Shown here piece by piece: positions 28,829 to 37,896 of a stretch of DNA of 55,402 nucleotides. The position numbers and the translations under genes were made by a program. Origin of the DNA: Candidatus Fervidifonticultor quintus (lineage in GTDB: Bacteria; Sysuimicrobiota; Sysuimicrobiia; Sysuimicrobiales; Humicultoraceae). Within the stretch, counting starts at the first letter, position 1; each line of letters opens with the position of its first letter. The DNA is taken from positions 1 to 55,402 of the forward strand of contig JAVKIJ010000009.1 in assembly GCA_031459535.1 (NCBI GenBank), in the 5' to 3' direction. The notes under the pieces were generated by a model. It made no database searches. It saw only the letters and a list, made by a program, of their open reading frames with translations, and was not told the origin of the DNA.

Positions 28829-30490
28829 ATGCTGCCGCACCGTCACGCGTACCGTCCGGTCGTGTTGGGTCGCCGGGGTGTCGTCACCTCCGCTCACCCG
28901 CTGGCGTCCGCGGCCGGCGCGCAGATCTTGCTGGAAGGCGGCAACGCCGTGGACGCCGCTGTAGCCACCGCCGCCGCGCTCACCGTGGTGGAGCCCTACA
29001 TGTCGGGTGCGGGCGGCGTCGGCGTCATGGTTGTCTCGTCGGCGCGCACAGGCCAACGTCATGTCCTCAACTTCGTGGGCAGGGTGCCGCAGGCCGCGGA
29101 CCCCGACCGGGCGACGCCCGACGACCTGGCCGGCGGGCCGCGTGCATGCCTCGTCCCGGGGAATCTGGGCGGGTGGCTGGCGGCCCACGAGCGCTTTGGC
29201 CGCGCTGGGCGCGAGACGGTCTTCGAACCGGCCATCCGGCTCGCCGAAGACGGGTTCCCCCTCACGCGAAAGAACTGCGAATTCATCGAGAGAGCCCGCG
29301 CGACGCTTGGGCGCTCGACGGAGGCGCAGCGGCTCTACGTGCCCGTCGGCCTGCCCAAGCTTGGGCAGGTCCTGGTCCAGAAAGATCTCGCTGCCAGTTA
29401 CCGACAGGTGGCCGAAGGCGGCGCCGACGTGTTCTATCGGGGGCCGATAGGCCGCGCGGTCTGCCGAGCCGTCCAAGAGGCGGGGGGCTGGCTGTGCGAA
29501 GACGACCTGGCCGCGTTCACACCGGAGTGGATGGCACCGCTGGCCACCCCGTTTAGGGGTGCGGAAGTGATCACGGTGCCGCCGCCCTTCGTCGCGTTCC
29601 AGGCGCTTCAGACCCTCAACATCCTCGAAGAGATGGACCTGGCGGGTTGGGGGCACAACTCGGCCGAGTACCTGCATCACGTCGTTGAAGCGGTGAAGCT
29701 GGCGAACGCCGACCGGCTGGCCTATGCGTGGGTCTCGGAGGTGCCGATCGCGGGGTTGCTCTCGAAAGCCTATGCCCGCGCGCAGCGGGCCCGGATCGAT
29801 CCGGCCCGGGCCGGCGTCAGTGAGGGCGAACGGTTCGATCCGCAGCGGCTGCCCGGCCAGATCGAGCCCGGTCGGCCGACGGAGTTTGCGCGCGAGGCGC
29901 CCGAGACGGCACATCCTCCGGACTTCACCAGGGAGCACACAACGCACTTCGCCGTGGCCGATGCCGAGGGCACGGTGGTCACCGTGACCCAGACCCTGGG
30001 CGCGCCTTTCGGGTCTGGCTTCGCCGTCCCGGGCACGGGCATCGTGCTCAACAATCTGCTGCAGTGGCAGGACCTGGATCCAGCCAGCCCCAACCGGATG
30101 CGTCCCGGCCGCCGGGTCGGCACCAACATGGCGCCGATGCAGGTGTTCCGCGACGGGGAGTGTGTGATGTCCATGGGGACGCCGGGCTCATACGGCATCT
30201 TGCAGACCACGCCGCAGATGCTGCTCGCGGCCTTGGTCTTCGGCATGGACGTGCAGGAAGCCATCGAAGCCCCCCGCGTGCGCGTCTACCGCGACCGGCT
30301 GGTCGACGTCGAAGGCCGGATCGCTTCTGCGATCTGCGACGACCTGAGCCGGCGCGGCCACCAGGTCAACGTGATCGAGGACTGGTCGTGGGTCGTGGGG
30401 GGCGGGCAGGGGATCGTGCGCGACCCCGATTCGGGCGTGCTCCAGGGCGGTGCCGATCCCCGCCGTGATGGGTATGCCATCGCGTTGTAG
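28829..30490 (+). CDS. ggt: Gamma-glutamyltransferase family (Ntn hydrolase), cytoplasmic
   Basis: HPLASAAG..GGNAVDAAVA..VVEPYMSGAGG, nucleophile in EHTTHFAVAD, GTGIVLNN, GGADPRRDG. Confidence 0.9.
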   Translation: MLPHRHAYRPVVLGRRGVVTSAHPLASAAGAQILLEGGNAVDAAVATAAALTVVEPYMSGAGGVGVMVVSSARTGQRHVLNFVGRVPQAADPDRATPDDLAGGPRACLVPGNLGGWLAAHERFGRAGRETVFEPAIRLAEDGFPLTRKNCEFIERARATLGRSTEAQRLYVPVGLPKLGQVLVQKDLAASYRQVAEGGADVFYRGPIGRAVCRAVQEAGGWLCEDDLAAFTPEWMAPLATPFRGAEVITVPPPFVAFQALQTLNILEEMDLAGWGHNSAEYLHHVVEAVKLANADRLAYAWVSEVPIAGLLSKAYARAQRARIDPARAGVSEGERFDPQRLPGQIEPGRPTEFAREAPETAHPPDFTREHTTHFAVADAEGTVVTVTQTLGAPFGSGFAVPGTGIVLNNLLQWQDLDPASPNRMRPGRRVGTNMAPMQVFRDGECVMSMGTPGSYGILQTTPQMLLAALVFGMDVQEAIEAPRVRVYRDRLVDVEGRIASAICDDLSRRGHQVNVIEDWSWVVGGGQGIVRDPDSGVLQGGADPRRDGYAIAL

Positions 30491-30579
30491 ATGCCTCGCG
30501 CAGCGTTCGACGGCCTGCCGCCAGGTCGTCCACCCCAGGACTAGACGGAAGCCGCTTCGGGCATCCATCCCATAGGACA

Positions 30580-30661
30580 CCTCCGATAAAGGCAAACCCG
30601 CCGCGAGGCGGGGGCGCAAAGCCACAGGACCCCCAAGGGGTCGGCTGGGTTGCCGAAGAGG
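30580..30661 (+). ncRNA. Cyclic di-GMP-I (GEMM) riboswitch aptamer
   Basis: GGCAAA-CCCGCC-GCGA-GGCGGG-GGCGCAAAGCCACAGG..GGCTGGGTTGCCGAA shows the P2 GNRA tetraloop, the GCAAAGC junction and the GTTGCCG 3' motif. Confidence 0.9.
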
Positions 30662-30696
30662 GTTTCGCGGACCGTCGCGAGATCCTCTTACTTGTT
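30656..30696 (+). terminator. Terminator-like hairpin forming the riboswitch expression platform
   Basis: 14-bp stem AAGAGGGTTTCGCG/CGCGAGATCCTCTT (two G-U pairs), 6-nt loop, imperfect U-rich tail ACTTGTT. Confidence 0.65.
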
Positions 30697-30780
30697 GCGA
30701 TGGGGAAGCGAGGCCCTCGTTGGGCCCGCTTCTTGTGTTTGGGCGCGGTCCTGCCCAGGTGGCGAGAACGGGGGAGGCGC

Positions 30781-31755
30781 ATGAGCGAGCCGACAGCAGG
30801 CACGATCCTCGTGGTTGACGACGAGCCCGGCATCCGGCACTACCTGCAGCGCCTGCTGGCCAGCGAGGGATACGAGGTCGCAACCGCTGCGGACGGCGCC
30901 GAGGCGGTCGCCCGGGTCGCGCAGCGACCGCCGGACCTGATCCTGCTCGACGTCATGCTGCCAGACATCGAGGGCGGCACGCTGTGCCGGCGTCTCAAAG
31001 AAGACCCGGTCACCGAGGCCCTCCCCGTCATGCTGATGACGGCCCTGGAGATCGACGGGCTCCGCCAGCGGTCGAAAGCCGATGTGGTGCTGCGCAAACC
31101 ATTCCGGCGCGATGAGGTGACCGCATGGACGCGCAGCCTGGTCGCGGCGTACAGGGCCCGGGGCGATCTCCAGGCGGTCGAGGAGATGCTGATCGCCGTG
31201 GCCGCGATGGTCGAGACCCGCAGCCTGCACGTCGAAGAGCATCCCCGCCGGGTCTGCAGCCTCGGTGGCCAGCTGGCCACGGCTGCGGGCCTCGGGCGGC
31301 GCGACGTCGAGATCATTCGCAAAGCTGCTCTGCTCCACGACGTGGGGCTGATCGGTGTGCCCGAAGCGATCCTCCAGAAACCGGGCCCGCTCTCCCCAGA
31401 TGAGCTGGAGCAGGTCAAGCGACACAGCGTGCTCGGCGCGCGACTCTGCCGCCCCCTGCGGCATGGGGACGAGATCAGCGCCATCGTCCGCGCCCACCAC
31501 GAGCGGTGGGACGGGGCAGGCTATCCCGACCGTCGGGCCGGCGAGCAGATCCCCATCGGCGCCAGGATTCTGGCCCTGGCCGACGCCTTCGACAGTTGCA
31601 CGTCGGCGCGGGCCTACCGGGCCGCGTTCACCGCGGCCGACGCGCTGGAGATCCTCTGGTTCGGTGCCGGGTCGCAATGGGATCCGGGCCTGGTGGAGCT
31701 CTTCGACAGCGTGCTCTGGTCCGGCCTCGACCGGCAGAGGTCTGGCGCTCGATAG
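30781..31755 (+). CDS. Response regulator with HD-GYP cyclic-dinucleotide phosphodiesterase domain (RpfG-like)
   Basis: REC: ILVVDDE, LLDVMLP, LMTA, RKPF. HD-GYP: LHDVG, HHERWDGAGYP, LADAFD. GGAGG precedes ATG 30781. Confidence 0.92.
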   Translation: MSEPTAGTILVVDDEPGIRHYLQRLLASEGYEVATAADGAEAVARVAQRPPDLILLDVMLPDIEGGTLCRRLKEDPVTEALPVMLMTALEIDGLRQRSKADVVLRKPFRRDEVTAWTRSLVAAYRARGDLQAVEEMLIAVAAMVETRSLHVEEHPRRVCSLGGQLATAAGLGRRDVEIIRKAALLHDVGLIGVPEAILQKPGPLSPDELEQVKRHSVLGARLCRPLRHGDEISAIVRAHHERWDGAGYPDRRAGEQIPIGARILALADAFDSCTSARAYRAAFTAADALEILWFGAGSQWDPGLVELFDSVLWSGLDRQRSGAR

Positions 31756-31807
31756 CGGCCAGGGATCCCGCAGGGCCGGCCGAATACACCTCGGGGAGCG
31801 GCCGGTC

Positions 31808-32233
31808 ATGGATGTTCTTCGCACCTCTTTCTGTGGGCGCGTCGGCCAGCGCGGCCTGTCTGTCCTGGAGATCATCATCAGCACCTTGCTCCTGGGCGTG
31901 GTCGCGGCCGTGGTCTTCACGGCCTTTGGCGTCGGCCTCCGAGCGGCGTCCCTAGCCTCGTCGATGAACACGGCCACGAGCCTGGCCGAAGAGATCCTTG
32001 TGAAGATGACCGCCTCGCCCTGCGGCGCGTCCTTGAGACAGACCATCCCTCCAGAGCCGGAGGACCCGCGGCTCGCACGCTTCCGGCGGGAAGTATCGGT
32101 CCGTTCCGTCCCCGGCACGCGCCTGTGGGAGATCAGTGCTACGGTGTCCTGGACTCAGGAGCGGCGGGAGCGCAGCGTGACGTTGACGACGTTGCGCCAC
32201 ATCTCCACCGCCTGCGATCTCGTCGGGCAGTGA
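31808..32233 (+). CDS. Prepilin-type N-terminal cleavage/methylation domain protein (minor pilin-like)
   Basis: QRG|LSVLEIIISTLLLGVVAAVVF, a class III signal with Glu at +5; C-terminal EISATVSW. Confidence 0.8.
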   Translation: MDVLRTSFCGRVGQRGLSVLEIIISTLLLGVVAAVVFTAFGVGLRAASLASSMNTATSLAEEILVKMTASPCGASLRQTIPPEPEDPRLARFRREVSVRSVPGTRLWEISATVSWTQERRERSVTLTTLRHISTACDLVGQ

Positions 32234-32754
32234 CCGTTCGGCACTCGCGCGGCTTCAGCCTCATGGAGATCGCCATCGCCCTGGCGCTGGCGGGGATGGT
32301 CGTGTTAGTGATCGGCGCCCTGTTCATAGGCAGCCTCAACGCGTGGCGCCGCGGGCAGGACCTCCGCGAGGCCCAGGCTATGGCGGGTACCCTCGTGGAC
32401 ACTGTCGCCCGGGACATCCGCGGCGCGAGCCAGGCACCGAACGTGGTGATTCGACCTCAGATTCCTCTTGTGGAAGGCGAGGCGCTACTGGCGGTAGCCG
32501 CGTCGCCGGCCGTGGGCAAGGGGGGGTCCGGTTGGGTCGTGTTCTCGCACGTCCCACAGCGCCGGCAGGTGGTCCGGCACATCATTGAGACGGTGGACGG
32601 GCGGCTGGTACCTACGCAGTCCCGCTTGGTCGCTTCCGGGGTCACCAGGGTCACGGTCGAACCGGCCTCGGGGGGCGTGATGATCGAAGCCGAGGTGCGG
32701 TGGGGCCGGGCCATCGGCACAGCCCGTGTTACGGCCGCGCCCAGGAATCCTTAG
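32230..32754 (+). CDS. Prepilin-type N-terminal cleavage/methylation domain protein (PilW/GspJ-like)
   Basis: SRG|FSLMEIAIALALAGMVVLVIGALF, then ARDIRGA. GTG overlaps the upstream TGA. Confidence 0.82.
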   Translation: MTVRHSRGFSLMEIAIALALAGMVVLVIGALFIGSLNAWRRGQDLREAQAMAGTLVDTVARDIRGASQAPNVVIRPQIPLVEGEALLAVAASPAVGKGGSGWVVFSHVPQRRQVVRHIIETVDGRLVPTQSRLVASGVTRVTVEPASGGVMIEAEVRWGRAIGTARVTAAPRNP

Positions 32755-32827
32755 GGGCCATCGGGCCGCGAACTGATTGCTCACTTCGGCCCCCGCCCAG
32801 CATGCTTGACGTGCAGGAGGTTCCTCT

Positions 32828-33925
32828 ATGGATTTCGGCGTCCCTGCGGAAGTGCGGCAGAAGGAGTATCGCGTCAGCCTCATCCCCGCCGGTGTGAACA
32901 CCCTGGTGCAGGCCGGGCACGCGGTCTACGTGGAGACCGCTGCCGGGGCCGGCGCGGGGTTCTCCGACGATGAGTACCGAGACGCCGGCGCGCGGATCGT
33001 ATACTCGCCGGAGGAGGTGTGGCGTCGAGCCCAGGTGGTCGTCAAGGTGTCCAGACCGACCGCTGAGGAACACGGCTATTTCCAGGGACAGGCGCTGCTC
33101 TCATTCCTGCATCTGGCGGTCGCGTCGCCCGACCTGCTGGTGGCCCTGCGCCAGCAGCGGATGACCGCCATTTCCTATGAGCTGATTCAGACCGACGACG
33201 GGACGCTCCCGGTCCTGCTGCCGACCAGCGAAGTCGCCGGACGACTGGCGCCCATCATTGCCGGCTCGCTGCTGGAGACGATGGCCTGTTGGGCGATGGA
33301 CGAGACTCTCGAAGGACGGGGGATGCTGCTCAGCGGCATTCCTGGCGTTCCGCCGGCCAATGTGGTCATCCTGGGGGCCGGCGTGCTGGGCAGCAACGCG
33401 GCGCGGGCCTTTCTGGGTCTGGGCGCCCAGGTCACGGTCCTCGACGCAGACGTCCGGCGTCTCCAGCGACTGGACGACCTGATGGCAGGCAGGGCGGTGA
33501 CCCTGCTGTCCACCACGTACAATATCGAGCGGGCCGTGGCGTCTGCCGATGTGCTGATCGGAGCGGTATACGTGGCCGGACAGCGCGCGCCGGTGCTGGT
33601 CACGCGGGCCATGGTGAGGTCCATGCGACCGCGGGCCGTGATCATTGATTTCTCCATCGACCAGGGTGGCTGTGTCGAGACCAGCCGGCCCACGACCCAC
33701 CGCGACCCCACGTATCTCGAGGAGGGCGTGATCCACTACTGCGTCCCCAACGTCCCGGCGCGTGTGGCCAGGACGGGGAGCCACGCCCTGACCAATGCCC
33801 TCCTTCCGTATCTGCTGGACATCGGGCGTCTCGGCCTGGACGAAGCCATCCGCACCAACCGCGCCCTGCGTAGAGGGGTCAGCGTGTACCGGGGAGGCGT
33901 CCCCGACATCGAGCCCGCCCCCTAG
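32828..33925 (+). CDS. ald: Alanine dehydrogenase family protein (variant active site)
   Basis: EYRVSLIPAG, VETAAGAGAGFSDDEY, FLHLA, SEVAGRLA, ILGAGVLG, SIDQGGCVETSRPTTH, HYCVPN. Confidence 0.85.
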   Translation: MDFGVPAEVRQKEYRVSLIPAGVNTLVQAGHAVYVETAAGAGAGFSDDEYRDAGARIVYSPEEVWRRAQVVVKVSRPTAEEHGYFQGQALLSFLHLAVASPDLLVALRQQRMTAISYELIQTDDGTLPVLLPTSEVAGRLAPIIAGSLLETMACWAMDETLEGRGMLLSGIPGVPPANVVILGAGVLGSNAARAFLGLGAQVTVLDADVRRLQRLDDLMAGRAVTLLSTTYNIERAVASADVLIGAVYVAGQRAPVLVTRAMVRSMRPRAVIIDFSIDQGGCVETSRPTTHRDPTYLEEGVIHYCVPNVPARVARTGSHALTNALLPYLLDIGRLGLDEAIRTNRALRRGVSVYRGGVPDIEPAP

Positions 33926-33931
33926 ACGACC

Positions 33932-35221
33932 ATGCAGGAGCTATTCAGACACCGGATCACCACACCCGAAGCCGCGGTCGAAGCGATTCAACCCGGCATG
34001 CGCGTGTTCCTGACCGGCAACTGCTCCGTTCCCCAGCGGCTCCTGCGGGCCCTGGTGGCCGCCGCGCCGTCGCTGCACGATGTGGAGATCGCCCAGGTGC
34101 TCACCATCGGACCGGCGGACTACGTCGAGCCGGGCATGGAACGGCACCTCCGGGTGAACACCCTGTTCATCAGCGACAACGTGCGCAAGGCGGTCAACGA
34201 GGGACGGGCCGACTTCACGCCGTGTTTCCTCTCGGAGATCCCGGGGCTGTTCACGCGAGGCCTACTGCCCGTGGATGTGGCGCTCATCCACGTGTCGCCG
34301 CCCGACGAGCACGGGTTCTGTTCGTTCGGCATCGAGGTAGGCATCACCAAACCGGCCGCGCAGAGCGCGAAGGTGATCATCGCCGAGGTCAACGAGCAGA
34401 TGCCCCGGACGCTGGGAGACAGTTTCATTCACCTCTCCAAGATCGACTACATCGTGCCCGTCAACTACCGCCTGCCCGAGGTGCAAATGGCTGCGTCGGA
34501 TGAGACCGCCCAGCGGATCGCCCAACACATCGCCGGCATGATTCCCGACGGAGCCACCCTGCAGACGGGTATCGGCGCCATCCCCGATGCGGTGTTGCGC
34601 CAGCTGGTCAACCACCGGCACCTGGGGGTCCACACCGAGCTGTTCTCTGACGGCGTCGTGGATCTCATTGAACGAGGCGTGCTGACCGGCGAACGCAAGA
34701 CCCTCCATCCGGGCAAGGTGATCGCCGGCTTCATGCTGGGGACGCAGCGGCTCTACAGTTTCGTCCACGACAACCCCATCATCGAGCTGCATCCCACCGA
34801 TTACACCAACGACCCGTTCATCATCGCCCAGAACGCCCGCATGGTGGCTATCAACTCCGCCATCGAGGTGGATCTGACGGGCCAGGTCTGCGCCGACAGC
34901 ATCGGCCCGCGGCTCTACAGCGGCGTGGGGGGCCAGCTCGACTTCATCTATGGGGCCTCGCGCTCTAGGGGTGGCCTGCCGATCATCGCGCTGCCGGCCA
35001 CGGCGCTGGGCGGCAAGGCATCCCGCATCGTTCCGCTCCTCAAGACCGGTGCCGGAGTGACGACCACGCGCAATCACGTGCGCTTCATCGTAACCGAGTA
35101 CGGCGTCGCCGACCTCTATGGCAAGACGATCCGGCAGCGGGCGCAGGCGCTCATCAACGTGGCGGCGCCGGAGTTTCGCGAGGAACTCAGCCGGGCCGCC
35201 CGCGAGCTGAAGTTCCTGTAG
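33932..35221 (+). CDS. Acetyl-CoA hydrolase / 4-hydroxybutyrate CoA-transferase family
   Basis: VSPPDEHGFCSFG, LQTGIGAIP, HTELFSDG, INSAIEVDLTGQV, SGVGGQLDF, VTEYGVADL. Confidence 0.92.
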   Translation: MQELFRHRITTPEAAVEAIQPGMRVFLTGNCSVPQRLLRALVAAAPSLHDVEIAQVLTIGPADYVEPGMERHLRVNTLFISDNVRKAVNEGRADFTPCFLSEIPGLFTRGLLPVDVALIHVSPPDEHGFCSFGIEVGITKPAAQSAKVIIAEVNEQMPRTLGDSFIHLSKIDYIVPVNYRLPEVQMAASDETAQRIAQHIAGMIPDGATLQTGIGAIPDAVLRQLVNHRHLGVHTELFSDGVVDLIERGVLTGERKTLHPGKVIAGFMLGTQRLYSFVHDNPIIELHPTDYTNDPFIIAQNARMVAINSAIEVDLTGQVCADSIGPRLYSGVGGQLDFIYGASRSRGGLPIIALPATALGGKASRIVPLLKTGAGVTTTRNHVRFIVTEYGVADLYGKTIRQRAQALINVAAPEFREELSRAARELKFL

Positions 35222-35244
35222 GGATCTGGTCAGGGCCTGAGGCC

Positions 35245-36753
35245 ATGATGACCGACTACCTTGCGGCCGTTGACCAGGGCACCACCGGTACCCGCTGTAT
35301 CCTCTTCGACACCGGGGGCGCGCAGGTTGCCTCGGCCTACCGGGAGCACCGGCAAATCTACCCTCATCCGGGATGGGTCGAGCATGACCCGCTGGAGATC
35401 TGGCAACGCACCCAGGAGGTCATCGCCGAGACCATGCGGGCTGCGCCGGCGGGGCGTCTCGTGGGCGTCGGCATCACCAATCAGCGCGAGACGGTCGTGG
35501 CGTGGGATGCGCGGACCGGGCGGCCGGCACACAACGCCATCGTCTGGCAGGATACCCGCACCGAGCCCGACTGCCGGGCGCTCATCGAGGCCGGCTGGCA
35601 AGACGATGTGCGCGCGCGGACCGGACTGCCGATCAGCACGTACTTCTCCGCCACGAAGATCCGGTGGCTGCTGGCGAATGTGCCCGAGGTGCGCCATCTG
35701 GCCGCAGCGGGCCGCCTGCGCCTGGGCACCATTGACACCTGGGTGATCTGGAATCTGACCGGCGGGCCGTCGGGCGGTGCGCACGTCACCGATGTGACCA
35801 ACGCCTCGCGGACGCTGCTGTGCAACCTGGCTGAGATGGCCTGGGACCCAGTGCTGCTGGACCGCTTCGGGGTGCCGGCCGAGGCGCTCCCGGTCATTCT
35901 TCCGTCGGCGCCCAGGGAGCCCTATGGGACAACGCGGCCTGACGGACCATTTGCCGCGGCCGTGCCCGTGTGCGGCGATCTCGGGGACCAGCAGGCAGCG
36001 CTGGTGGGGCAGGCCTGCTTCGCCGCAGGTGAAGCCAAGAACACCTACGGGACCGGGTCGTTCTTGCTGCAGCATGTGGGGAGTGCCCCTGCGCACAGCA
36101 CCCGAGGGCTCCTGGGAACCGCGGCGTACGCGTTCAGCGGCGGCGGCCGGGCCTATGCCCTCGAGGGCTCGGTGGCTGTCACCGGCGCGGCGGTGCAGTG
36201 GCTGCGGGACAATCTGGGGCTGATCCAGAACGCGGCCGAAACCGAGGCGCTGGCGCGGCAGGTGCCAGACGCGGGCGGCATCTACTTCGTGCCCGCGTTC
36301 TCGGGCCTGTTCGCGCCCCACTGGGACATGCGGGCCCGCGGCGTCATCGTGGGGCTGACGCGGTATGTCACCAAGGCCCACCTGGTCCGGGCCACCCTGG
36401 AGGCCATCTGCTTCCAGAGCCGCGAGGTGCTGGATGCCATGGTGGCCGATTCCGGCCGGGCGGTCAGCGTGCTGAAAGTGGATGGCGGCGCCACGGCCAA
36501 CGATTTCCTGATGCAGCTCCAGGCCGACATCCTCGGCGTGCCTGTCGTGCGCCCAGCCGTGCGCGAGACCACCGCGCTGGGCGCCGCGTATGCCGCGGGT
36601 CTCGCTGCCGGCGCCTATGGGTCAACGGACGAACTGCGGCGGCTGTGGCGCGCGGAGCGGACGTTCGAGCCGGCGTGGGATGCGGACCGGCGCGAGCAGG
36701 CCCTGCGTGGGTGGGCGAAGGCAGTACAGCGGACGAGAGACTGGCTGGAGTAG
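35245..36753 (+). CDS. glpK: Glycerol kinase
   Basis: DQGTTGTR, GITNQRET, AIVWQDTRT, YFSATK, TDVTNASRT, GDQQAAL, AKNTYGTG, VPAFSGLFAPHW. Confidence 0.96.
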   Translation: MMTDYLAAVDQGTTGTRCILFDTGGAQVASAYREHRQIYPHPGWVEHDPLEIWQRTQEVIAETMRAAPAGRLVGVGITNQRETVVAWDARTGRPAHNAIVWQDTRTEPDCRALIEAGWQDDVRARTGLPISTYFSATKIRWLLANVPEVRHLAAAGRLRLGTIDTWVIWNLTGGPSGGAHVTDVTNASRTLLCNLAEMAWDPVLLDRFGVPAEALPVILPSAPREPYGTTRPDGPFAAAVPVCGDLGDQQAALVGQACFAAGEAKNTYGTGSFLLQHVGSAPAHSTRGLLGTAAYAFSGGGRAYALEGSVAVTGAAVQWLRDNLGLIQNAAETEALARQVPDAGGIYFVPAFSGLFAPHWDMRARGVIVGLTRYVTKAHLVRATLEAICFQSREVLDAMVADSGRAVSVLKVDGGATANDFLMQLQADILGVPVVRPAVRETTALGAAYAAGLAAGAYGSTDELRRLWRAERTFEPAWDADRREQALRGWAKAVQRTRDWLE

Positions 36754-36771
36754 GGGTCTGCCCGGGGAGCG

Positions 36772-37179
36772 CTACGTGAGCACGCCGACCTCGAGGTGTC
36801 GGCTCCGCGGTCCATCCAGTTCCGCGAACAGGATCCGCTGCCAGGTGCCCAGTGCGGGCCGGCCGGCGCGCACCGGCACCACCACGCCGGCGCCGGCGAT
36901 CGCCGCGCGCAGATGGCTGGCGGCGTTGTCGTCGACCCGGTCGTGGTGGTAGCCCTCCTGCTGGGGCACCGCCCGGGCGAGCCACGCCTCCAGGTCGTGC
37001 AGCAGGCCCCGCTCGGCCTCCTGGATGATCACGCCGGCTGTGGTGTGCGGGCAGTAGACGAAGAGCAGTCCGTCCTTGCCGGGCGCGTCCTGGCAGACCC
37101 GCGAGACCTCCTCGGTGACATCCAGCATCTGCGTCTGCCGGGTCGACGTGACGTACACGGTGTGCCAGCGCACTGCCAT
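36772..37179 (-). CDS. yjbQ: YjbQ/UPF0047 family protein
   Basis: HTTAGVIIQE, YHHDRVDDNAASHLRA, LGTWQRILFAELDGPRSR. ATG 37179. Confidence 0.92.
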   Translation of the reverse strand: MAVRWHTVYVTSTRQTQMLDVTEEVSRVCQDAPGKDGLLFVYCPHTTAGVIIQEAERGLLHDLEAWLARAVPQQEGYHHDRVDDNAASHLRAAIAGAGVVVPVRAGRPALGTWQRILFAELDGPRSRHLEVGVLT

Positions 37180-37344
37180 GAGTTCTTCCACCCCCGTCCC
37201 TGGCCGCGGGTGCGATCTGTGAGATGTCCTCCGGCTTCCTGGCCGGACGCCCTTTCCTTTCGCGCCGGACCGGCTCTGGCCTGCGCCAGATGGGACCCCG
37301 CCGCCGGCTGCCGCCTGGCGCCGTGTGCTATTCTGGGTCGTGCG

Positions 37345-37722
37345 ATGATCCGGCTCAGCCGCAAGCGGTTCGAGGCCCTGGTGGCAGACGCGCTCCGAGG
37401 CATCCCGCCCGACCTGGCCAGGGCCCTGGAGAACATCGAGGTGATCGTGAGCGACTGGCCGACACCCGGGCAGCTGGCGGAGGTGAATCTCGGCCCTCAA
37501 GACGTCCTCTTCGGCCTCTATCAGGGGACGCCGCTGCCCGAGCGCAGTCCCATGCTGCCGTATGCACTGCCGGATGTCATCACCATCTTCCAGGGCCCAC
37601 TGCAAGAGGAGTGGGAGACTGAAGAGGAGATCCGGGAGCAAGTCCGCCGCACGGTCATCCACGAGATCGCCCACTACTTCGGGATCGACGAAGAGCGCCT
37701 GGCTGAGTTGGGATACGCCTGA
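37345..37722 (+). CDS. Zincin-like metallopeptidase family protein
   Basis: FEALVADAL..LFGLYQGTPL.ER..PDVITIFQGP..VIHEIAHYFGID (HExxH). TGCTATTCT extended -10 at 37326-37334. Confidence 0.9.
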   Translation: MIRLSRKRFEALVADALRGIPPDLARALENIEVIVSDWPTPGQLAEVNLGPQDVLFGLYQGTPLPERSPMLPYALPDVITIFQGPLQEEWETEEEIREQVRRTVIHEIAHYFGIDEERLAELGYA

Positions 37723-37896
37723 TCCGCCGGGAAGTCCCGCCGGTGGACTTCCGGTACGGAGGGAGTTGCGTTGTTTCACGGGGAGTGCTACGAGGCCGTG
37801 GTCCCCAATCTGGTGCCAGGAGGGCTGCTCGTGCCCGACACCGAACCCTGGTGTGAGGTGCCACCGTTCGTGTCCTCACCGCTCGGGCAACTCGTC

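Noticed and set aside
37760-37893. 6S RNA, T-box or yybP-ykoY identity for the structured gap
   Set aside because: Only fragments match (GGTGGCACC on the minus strand, GGGGAGT) and the family architectures are missing. Kept only as an unassigned low-interest finding.
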